64,000 bases of DNA from the NCBI GenBank assembly GCA_040905025.1, contig JBBDSJ010000126.1:5833-69832 (forward strand). The letters run 5' to 3'. The DNA is from Gammaproteobacteria bacterium. Lineage in GTDB: Bacteria; Pseudomonadota; Gammaproteobacteria; Methylohalomonadales; Methylohalomonadaceae. Made by a program: the position numbers and the translations under genes. Below are positions 57,115-64,000 of this stretch, one piece after another (position 1 is the stretch's first letter; every line of letters starts with the position of its first letter). A model generated the notes under the pieces. That model did no database searches, was not told the DNA's origin, and saw nothing but the letters and a program-made list of their open reading frames with translations.

Positions 57115-58763
57115 TTCGATTCCAGTGGTTAACCCTGATTTTTCTGCTGGCAGTATCACCATACGGCCTTGCAGACAACCTTGAAGACGTTGCACATGAA
57201 GCCAATCTTACAGCAATTGCGATGTTTGCCCTGTTTGTGTTTGCAACGATGGGTATTACCTGGTGGGCGGCGCGCCGGGTCAAGACAACAAGCGATTTTT
57301 ACGCGGCCGGTGGCAATATTACCGGTTTGCAAAATGGCCTGGCCATTTCCGGTGATTTCATGTCGGCGGCTTCATTTCTTGGCATTTCAGCTCTGGTTTT
57401 TACCAGCGGCTTTGACGGCCTGATTTATTCCATCGGCTTTCTGGTCGGCTGGCCGATTATTCTGTTTTTGCTGGCAGAGCGCCTGCGTAATCTTGGTAAA
57501 TACACGTTTGCCGATGCTGTTTCGTTTCGACTCGCCGCGCTGCCCATCCGCAGCCTCGCGGCCTGCGGCACACTGGCTGTCGTATTATTATATTTAATCG
57601 CACAGTTGGTCGGTGCCGGTCAGCTGATTCAGGTACTGTTTGGTTTGCCATATCACTATGCAGTGTTTCTGGTAGGCGTACTGATGATTCTTTATGTCAC
57701 ATTCGGCGGCATGCTGGCGACCACCTGGGTTCAGATTATCAAGGCTGTATTATTATTGTCCGGCGCCACATTCATGTCCATTGCTGTACTGGCCAAATTT
57801 GGTTTCTCGTTTGAGCTGCTGTTCCGGACTGCAGTCGATGTACATCCGGAGGGCTTTAGCATCATGGCGCCCGGTGGCCTGGTCACCGATCCGGTTTCGG
57901 CAATTTCGCTCGGACTGGCGCTAATGTTTGGTACCGCCGGACTACCGCATATATTGATGCGATTCTTTACGGTATCCGATGCCCGTGAAGCACGCCGGTC
58001 AGTATTTTTTGCGACCGGCTTCATCGGCTATTTTTATATCCTGACTTTCGTGATTGGCTTTGGCGCCATCATTCTAGTCGGCACTGATCCTGCCTATCGA
58101 AACATGGCCGGTGGGCTTATTGGTGGCAGCAATATGGCGGCAGTTCATCTGGCACATGCTGTCGGCGGCGATGTATTTCTGGGTTTCATTTCGGCAGTTG
58201 CGTTTGCCACCATTCTGGCAGTGGTATCTGGCCTGACGTTGTCCGGCGCATCCGCCTTGTCACATGATCTTTATGCGAGTGTTATCAAAAAAGGTCATGC
58301 CGGTGAGCGCGAGGAAGTGCTGGTATCACGTTGCGCAACCATTGGTCTGGGTATTATTGCCATTTTGCTCGGGATTTTATTTCAGCAACAAAATGTCGCC
58401 TATATGGTCGGACTGGCTTTTGCTATTGCCGCGAGTGTCAATTTTCCCATCCTGCTGTTATCCATGTACTGGCGCGGCCTGACCACCCGGGGTGCCACAG
58501 CAGGCGGTGCAATCGGTTTACTGACTGCGGTTGGCATGATGCTGTTGGGGCCGACAATCTGGGTCGACATCCTCGGTAACGCCGAAGCCATCGTACCCTA
58601 TAAACACCCGGCATTGTTCTCCATGACCGCCGCATTTGTGAGTATCTGGCTGATATCCAAGCTGGACAAGAGTCCACGTGCGATGGAAGAACGCAAAGCT
58701 TTCCACTGGCAGTACCTGCGTTCACAAACAGGGCTGGGCGCATCAACGGCAGCAAAACATTGA
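57111..58763 (+). CDS. actP: cation/acetate symporter ActP (SSS family)
   Basis: 550 aa with ~14 TM helices. The pairing with yjcH and the N-terminal periplasmic leader are typical of ActP. Confidence 0.9.
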   Translation: MIRFQWLTLIFLLAVSPYGLADNLEDVAHEANLTAIAMFALFVFATMGITWWAARRVKTTSDFYAAGGNITGLQNGLAISGDFMSAASFLGISALVFTSGFDGLIYSIGFLVGWPIILFLLAERLRNLGKYTFADAVSFRLAALPIRSLAACGTLAVVLLYLIAQLVGAGQLIQVLFGLPYHYAVFLVGVLMILYVTFGGMLATTWVQIIKAVLLLSGATFMSIAVLAKFGFSFELLFRTAVDVHPEGFSIMAPGGLVTDPVSAISLGLALMFGTAGLPHILMRFFTVSDAREARRSVFFATGFIGYFYILTFVIGFGAIILVGTDPAYRNMAGGLIGGSNMAAVHLAHAVGGDVFLGFISAVAFATILAVVSGLTLSGASALSHDLYASVIKKGHAGEREEVLVSRCATIGLGIIAILLGILFQQQNVAYMVGLAFAIAASVNFPILLLSMYWRGLTTRGATAGGAIGLLTAVGMMLLGPTIWVDILGNAEAIVPYKHPALFSMTAAFVSIWLISKLDKSPRAMEERKAFHWQYLRSQTGLGASTAAKH

Positions 58764-58830
58764 TACGTGCATATTATTTTTGTTTTCGCATGTAAATCAA
58801 CGGCAGTAAACCAAGTCAGGCGATACTGAC

Positions 58831-59253
58831 TTATCGAGAGGATTCCTGACGTCCGGATTCAAGCAAATCCCTGATTTCAGTAAGCAGCTTTTCCTCATTG
58901 CTCGGCACATCTGGCGCAGTCTCCTGCTTCACCTCTTCCTTGCGCTGCAGCTGATTAATAATTTTCACCGCAACAAATATTGCCAATCCAATGATCAGAA
59001 AATCAATTATATTCTGTATAAACGCGCCATAGTTCAATGTTACTGCAGCCACTTCGCCATGAGCTTCTTTCAACACCAAAACCAGATCTCCAAAATGCAC
59101 ACCGCCAATCAATACTCCGAGCGGCGGCATGACTACATCATTAACAAAAGATGAAATTACTTTCCCAAATGCGACACCCATAATAATTCCAACAGCCATA
59201 TCCATGACATTACCGCGCACTACAAATGATTTGAATTCATTAATCAATGTCAT
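58831..59253 (-). CDS. mscL: large-conductance mechanosensitive channel
   Basis: 140 aa. The hallmark N-terminus is [41 protein letters not shown]. Confidence 0.95.
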   Translation of the reverse strand: MTLINEFKSFVVRGNVMDMAVGIIMGVAFGKVISSFVNDVVMPPLGVLIGGVHFGDLVLVLKEAHGEVAAVTLNYGAFIQNIIDFLIIGLAIFVAVKIINQLQRKEEVKQETAPDVPSNEEKLLTEIRDLLESGRQESSR

Positions 59254-59292
59254 TGTTAATACCTTTTGTTATTCTGACCGGAAATCACAAAC

Positions 59293-60018
59293 TTAATCTT
59301 CCAGATAATATTCAATCGTCGAAACTACGCGTACAGTTTTCTCAACCTGACTGTTTTCATCTATGCCGGGAGATCGATCCCGTGGCAGAATGACAAACAC
59401 CCCCTGATTCGCCTGGCGAATGCCGCCAAGTTTACTATTGGAATCGTTGGCAAACTGTTCAGCGGCAGCACGCGCACTCGCAGTCGCCTCGGCAATCATG
59501 TCAGGCTTGTAGTCATCCAGTCGATTAAACAGGTAGGTAGGGCCGGATTGGTAGCCACTTTCATCCGAAAGCACAACACCGGACTCCACCAACTCACTGA
59601 TATTCTGACTCGCCACCTGTATCAACTCGGGTTGATCGGTTCGTACCCGCAGGGTTTGCGCGATGATATAGCGGCTGTCATAAGGCCCACTGCGCCAGGG
59701 ATTGGCGACCATATCAGTCACTTCCAGCCGCTGCACCCGAATCGTGTCCGGAGGGATACCATTCAAGGTGAGAAATGCCCGCACCGTCTCGCGGCTTTTA
59801 TTGATAGCTGCCTGCGCACTTGCCAGATCATTATCGGCCGCAACATATCGCAATGACCACAGGCCGATGTCGGCGGTTACGTCACGCTCTGAAATACCCT
59901 TGACAGTAACAAAGCGATCACTGGCGCGTCCTTTTTGAAAGCCGTCACCCACAAACCAGCCTGACAGGGCAATGCCAAAGGCAAGTAATAGTGCCGGCAC
60001 CCAGAGATAACGCTGCAT
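59293..60018 (-). CDS. SIMPL/DUF541 domain periplasmic protein
   Basis: 241 aa with an N-terminal anchor. The pattern VTVKGISERDVTADIGLW... is typical of the YggE/SIMPL family. Confidence 0.75.
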   Translation of the reverse strand: MQRYLWVPALLLAFGIALSGWFVGDGFQKGRASDRFVTVKGISERDVTADIGLWSLRYVAADNDLASAQAAINKSRETVRAFLTLNGIPPDTIRVQRLEVTDMVANPWRSGPYDSRYIIAQTLRVRTDQPELIQVASQNISELVESGVVLSDESGYQSGPTYLFNRLDDYKPDMIAEATASARAAAEQFANDSNSKLGGIRQANQGVFVILPRDRSPGIDENSQVEKTVRVVSTIEYYLED

Positions 60019-60129
60019 ATTGCTTGCCTCTACAGGTTAAGATGGAGTTAATTAATAGCTACAGCCTAACTTGCTATGCTTTTAACCGGGCGTCAACAAA
60101 AAAAATGCTGATTTGAGTAACCCTAAGCA

Positions 60130-61857
60130 ATGATCCGTTTTAACCGAATTTTTGATGGCAATAGTCCGGCCGAACAACAACGTCTGGCACAGGTACAAGC
60201 CCTGTTTCAGAAATTATTTCCACGTGAGGACGAATATGCCGGACAGCTGGCGCGGGAATTGGCGGAACGCCGCTCGACCGGTTTTGAGCCCATCCTGTTA
60301 ACAGCAACCAATGCACATAGTCAACTGCTTGGATTTGCACAATTTTATTATTTCCCCGGCAGCCGTCTGGGTTACCTCAATTACATCGGCAGCGATCAGA
60401 TGCACTCGCGGCGGGGTATTGGCAAGGCATTATACGAAAGTGCGCGCGAGTATCTGCGTGAGCGTGACGCCCTGGGACTATTGCTGGAAATTCCGCCAGA
60501 TGATGCCAATCAGGTCAGTGAATCGGAACGTCTGAAAGACAATAAAACACGCGCACGTTTCTACGAGAGTTTTGATGCGCGACCAATCATCAATACTGGC
60601 TGGCAGCACCCACCCATCGCCTGGGATTATGACCCGCCGTGGCTTGTATATGATTCACTTGGCAGTAACAAACCGTTGCGCCGGCGAGCACTGCGCAATG
60701 GTATGCGTGATATTCTGCAGTATCGCTATCATTTGCAACCGGATACTGAATTCGTCAAAGCACTGCAGGACTCGGTACAGGACGATCCTGTCCGCTTACG
60801 GCCACCACGCTATCAAACCCGGCAACTACCGGTGCCGGCCTGGCACGGCAAACTCAAACACATCAAGCTGCTGGCATCAACACATCATGAAATTCATCAT
60901 GTCCGGCAACAGGGTTATGTCGAACGCCCGGCACGGGTCGATGCGATCCTGCGCGGCCTGGCCGATCTACCGGTTGAAAAGCTGCCGGTACGTCATTACG
61001 GCGAAGACATTCTGCGGGCCGTGCATGCCAGTGATTACGTCAGCTATCTAAAACGTGCAACCTCGGCGCTGGACGCCAGAACTACAATCTACCCGCAAGT
61101 GTTTCCGATACGACGTCCGGACAACCGGCCTCGTGATATGGCTATTCGTGCCGGATATTATTGTATTGATACATTCACCCCGTTATCGCAAGCCGCCTAC
61201 AAAGCAGCACGCGCGGCGGCTGATTGTGCTGCCAGTGGTGCTGAGCTGCTATTGGATGGCGAGCAATTTGTTTATGCCTTGTGCCGCCCACCCGGCCATC
61301 ATGCTGAACACCGCGCCTACGGTGGCTTTTGTTATTTCAACAATGCCGCGATTGCGGCACACAAACTCAGCAAGACCGGCCGCGTAGCATTACTTGATAT
61401 TGATTATCATGCCGGTAACGGTCAGCAACAAATCTTTTATCAGCGCAATGATGTATTCACATTATCACTGCACGGCCGACCCCGGGATCACTATCCCTAC
61501 TTTGCCGGGTTCGCAGATGAAAAGGGCGCAGACGCAGGACTCGGCTTTAACCGTAATTTCCCATTGGCCGATATGCTCGGTGATGCCACCTATCTGACAG
61601 CCCTGAGCAAGGCAATAAAACTGATCAGAGACTTCAAACCACACTGGCTGGTAGTTGCACTGGGTTATGACGGTATGCGCGGCGATCCGACCGGAAATTT
61701 TGATTTGTCAGCAACCGGCCTGCGTGACATCGGCGCAGCAGTTGCGACACTGGAATTACCCACGCTGGTTATACAGGAGGGCGGTTATGTTCTTGCCAAC
61801 CTGCGCCACGGAGCGCGCAGTTTTTTTACTGGCCTGATTCAACGCTGGTATCGCTGA
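60130..61857 (+). CDS. fusion protein: N-terminal GNAT-like acetyltransferase domain + C-terminal histone-deacetylase-family (arginase-fold) deacetylase
   Basis: 575 aa. GNAT motif A is like HSRRGIGKALYESAREYL. The HDAC core has RPPGHHAEHRAYGGFCYFNNAAIAA, DIDYHAGNGQQQIF and GYDGMRGDP. Confidence 0.8.
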   Translation: MIRFNRIFDGNSPAEQQRLAQVQALFQKLFPREDEYAGQLARELAERRSTGFEPILLTATNAHSQLLGFAQFYYFPGSRLGYLNYIGSDQMHSRRGIGKALYESAREYLRERDALGLLLEIPPDDANQVSESERLKDNKTRARFYESFDARPIINTGWQHPPIAWDYDPPWLVYDSLGSNKPLRRRALRNGMRDILQYRYHLQPDTEFVKALQDSVQDDPVRLRPPRYQTRQLPVPAWHGKLKHIKLLASTHHEIHHVRQQGYVERPARVDAILRGLADLPVEKLPVRHYGEDILRAVHASDYVSYLKRATSALDARTTIYPQVFPIRRPDNRPRDMAIRAGYYCIDTFTPLSQAAYKAARAAADCAASGAELLLDGEQFVYALCRPPGHHAEHRAYGGFCYFNNAAIAAHKLSKTGRVALLDIDYHAGNGQQQIFYQRNDVFTLSLHGRPRDHYPYFAGFADEKGADAGLGFNRNFPLADMLGDATYLTALSKAIKLIRDFKPHWLVVALGYDGMRGDPTGNFDLSATGLRDIGAAVATLELPTLVIQEGGYVLANLRHGARSFFTGLIQRWYR

Positions 61858-61910
61858 ACCGCTTATTGTCTATACAGTCTTATAATGCACAAAAATGATG
61901 GGATTAACTA

Positions 61911-62465
61911 ATGTGTAATGGAAATGTTCAGGTTTCAAAGTTCTCACTGCGCGCTGCGCTGGCTACATTAAGCATGTGCCTGTTAAGCGCCTGCCAGACG
62001 ACCCGGTCCATGCCGACGGTTGATTATGTCGATATGAATAAATTTATGGGCGACTGGTACGTGATTGCACATATTCCGGCGTGGATTGAGCGCAATGCCT
62101 ATAATGCTGTCGAGTCTTATGAAATGACCGGGGACGGCACCATCGAAACTACTTACAGATTCAATAATGGCAGCTTTGATGGTGATCAAAAAATTATGAG
62201 ACCGAAAGGCTGGGTTGTAAATGAAGAGACCAATGCTGAATGGGTCATGCAGTTCATCTGGCCCATTAAGGCGGAATATCTCATTATTTATCTGGATGAG
62301 GACTACTCGAAAACCATCGTCGGGCGCAGCAAACGTGATTATCTCTGGATCATGGCACGCGAACCAAAACTGACGGGCAGCGAATATCAGGAATTGGTTA
62401 CATTTGCTGAAAGACAGGGCTACGATATTAGCGAATTACGGAAAGTACCCCAGCAGGTAAAATGA
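61911..62465 (+). CDS. blc: bacterial lipocalin (Blc-like outer-membrane lipoprotein)
   Basis: The lipobox is LLSAC. The lipocalin signature is FMGDWYVIAHIP, and IVGRSKRDYLWIMAR is present. Confidence 0.9.
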   Translation: MCNGNVQVSKFSLRAALATLSMCLLSACQTTRSMPTVDYVDMNKFMGDWYVIAHIPAWIERNAYNAVESYEMTGDGTIETTYRFNNGSFDGDQKIMRPKGWVVNEETNAEWVMQFIWPIKAEYLIIYLDEDYSKTIVGRSKRDYLWIMAREPKLTGSEYQELVTFAERQGYDISELRKVPQQVK

Positions 62466-62480
62466 TCAGAAAAACAGCGG

Positions 62481-62526
62481 GCATGTGCGGCGATCTCCCT
62501 GTTTAATCAGGGGTCACCGCACATGC
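62481..62526. terminator. long hairpin between convergent genes (terminator-like, no U-run)
   Basis: gcatgtgcggcga ... tcaccgcacatgc forms a 13-bp stem with one mismatch. An inner ccct/aggg pairing is also possible. Confidence 0.4.
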
Positions 62527-62534
62527 ATTACCGA

Positions 62535-62825
62535 TTACTGCTTGAATCGCGTCCAGGCTTTTTCCATACCATCTTTCATATCATTGAATGCTGCCTCAGC
62601 ACGCGACTGCATGTCTTTCCAGGCGCCCTCGTTACTTTGTTGCAGTTCTTTCATCGCCTTGTAAGCTTCTTCCCGCTGGCTACGAAGTTGCTCCAGCTGA
62701 CTCTCAAGATTCTGTTTGGCATCAGCACTGGCCTTCTCCATCTGCGCCTCCATCTTGTCAAGCTCGGCATTCCATTCGTCAATTTGTGCTTTCAGTTTTT
62801 GTACATATGCGTCACGTTCACTCAT
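62535..62825 (-). CDS. hypothetical coiled-coil protein
   Basis: ATG at 62825 is preceded by AGGAGA. The 96 aa are highly charged with heptad-like periodicity (MSERDAYVQKLKAQIDEWNAELDKMEAQ...). Confidence 0.65.
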   Translation of the reverse strand: MSERDAYVQKLKAQIDEWNAELDKMEAQMEKASADAKQNLESQLEQLRSQREEAYKAMKELQQSNEGAWKDMQSRAEAAFNDMKDGMEKAWTRFKQ

Positions 62826-62986
62826 TTCATTCTCCTGTGCAGTGAAGTTGAAAATAGTGGTCACCAGGAAAGCTGGCAACCATACACAAGTTAATAATCA
62901 ATCAGGGGGCATCCTGAACAAAAGATCAACCAGCTAATCTGTATAACTATACATAACAAATAACTATGCACAACAATAACATTTAA

Positions 62987-63137
62987 GGAACCTCTGAATA
63001 AATCAGAGGTTCCTGCAGTACAGGGATGTACTGCCATTATTCAATCACTTAAGTGATTGAATAATGAAGAAAATCGAAAATCATAATTTTCAATTTTCGT
63101 GCTCTGATAATTCATGAATGAATTAATCAGAGCTTCC
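62987..63137. repeat. MITE/REP-like modular repeat, copy G (inverted relative to E)
   Basis: Runs from ggaacctctgaataaatcagaggttcc to gaattaatcagagcttcc. It has the same module order as the reverse complement of copy E. Confidence 0.85.
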
Positions 63138-63180
63138 TTAACGCTAATACTGGATAGTATCGTTCAGTGTTTTATTTGAA

Positions 63181-64000
63181 TCAACCGAAATTAATCTTGG
63201 CTTCAAGATTGGTGCGGGAGTCGGCATTAGCCAGTGCTTCTTCAAGCGTAATGCGTTCTTCCTTGTAGAGATTGAATAATGCCATATCAAATGTCTGCAT
63301 GCCGTTGGCACCACTGCCTTCCATTGCGGTACGCAATTCATGTACTTCGCCTTTCAAAATCAGTTCAGCGATATGCGGAGTATTAATAAGAATTTCTATA
63401 GCGGCAACACGTTTTCCGTCGATACCACTGACCAGACGTTGTGAAATTACTGCGCGTATATTCAATGATAAATCCATAAACAACTGTTTATGCAATTCCT
63501 GTGGAAACAGGTTGATAACACGCTCCATCGCCTGTGCCGAGTTATTTGCATGCAGCGTTGATATAGCCAGATGGCCGGTATTACAAAGCTCAAGTGCTGC
63601 TTCCATGGTTTCACGCTCACGGATCTCACCAATCAGGATGACATCCGGCGCCTCACGCAGTGAGGCTTTCAACGCATTGCGATAGGATTGCGTATCCACA
63701 CCGACTTCACGCTGGTTCATAATGGATTTCTTGTTAGGATGACTGAATTCAACCGGATCTTCAATTGTCAGGATATGGCCCGTGAAGTTTTCATTACGAT
63801 GATTCATCATCGCTGCAAGCGTAGTAGATTTACCCGAACCGGTAGCACCTACCATAAGAATCAGACCGCGCTTGTTCGCGATCATGTCTTTCAGAACCTC
63901 AGGCAAGCCAAGTTGCTCGAGCGTTGGAATATCACTTGGAATCAGCCGCAGCACCATGCCGACTTCGCCACGCTGACGGAATACATTTACACGAAAACGG
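63181..64000 (-). CDS. pilU: type IV pilus retraction ATPase PilU (partial, N-terminus beyond window)
   Basis: Walker A is GATGSGKST. GHLAISTLHANNSAQAMERVINLFPQE matches the PilU rather than the PilT variant of this segment. The ORF is open to the window edge. Confidence 0.85.
   Translation of the reverse strand, partial: RFRVNVFRQRGEVGMVLRLIPSDIPTLEQLGLPEVLKDMIANKRGLILMVGATGSGKSTTLAAMMNHRNENFTGHILTIEDPVEFSHPNKKSIMNQREVGVDTQSYRNALKASLREAPDVILIGEIRERETMEAALELCNTGHLAISTLHANNSAQAMERVINLFPQELHKQLFMDLSLNIRAVISQRLVSGIDGKRVAAIEILINTPHIAELILKGEVHELRTAMEGSGANGMQTFDMALFNLYKEERITLEEALANADSRTNLEAKINFG

Noticed and set aside
12753-63137. Whether the recurring GGAACCTCTGA-type repeats could be a CRISPR array
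   Set aside because: The copies are dispersed over 50 kb, occur in both orientations, vary in length, and lack regularly sized spacers. No cas genes are present.
1-64000. tRNA, rRNA, tmRNA, RNase P or other standard RNA genes
   Set aside because: None was recognised in any intergenic region by eye (no T-loop GGTTCGAATCC-type motifs in suitable context). This is a manual scan only, so tRNAscan/Infernal would be needed for certainty.

Overview
This 64 kb window looks like a gammaproteobacterial-type chromosome segment. Gene content and order support that: uvrD, pmbA, msbA, hemCDXY, gshB-tonB-yqgE-ruvX-pyrR-pyrB-pyrC', actP, mscL and pilU, plus phosphoribulokinase, a membrane-anchored cytochrome c5 and pqqA. 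I count about 50 credible protein genes, most of them housekeeping. I found no rRNA, tRNA or CRISPR array. The points worth a second look are these. (1) A kaiC-kaiB timing module sits in an apparent operon with a periplasmic binding protein and a HAMP-PAS-GGDEF(degenerate)-EAL protein, facing a convergent DUF3293-PAS-GAF-GGDEF cyclase. The kaiC is split by a frameshift in a C5 run and carries a long charged C-terminal extension. (2) A 359-codon intein is inserted in helicase motif III of uvrD, and its central domain is unrecognised. (3) A modular MITE/REP-like repeat family bounded by GGAAGCTCTGA / TCAGAGGTTCC ends has at least seven copies. Its internal hairpins show compensatory changes. (4) A nested-hairpin element is present twice, with three compensatory base-pair swaps between copies. 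(5) Two unannotated 24-codon pqqA genes each follow a sigma-54-type promoter and precede a terminator. They lie in a ~445 bp diverged direct duplication that brackets an AT-richer ~3.7 kb islet. The islet carries an IS30 remnant, a type-1 cupredoxin and an unrecognised lipoprotein. (6) Several genes are disrupted or fragmentary: kaiC, a heme-oxygenase-like gene, a PoxB-like fragment, a trmB-like 3' fragment and a split hypothetical gene. All protein identifications are by-eye motif recognition from the translations. No database search was run.
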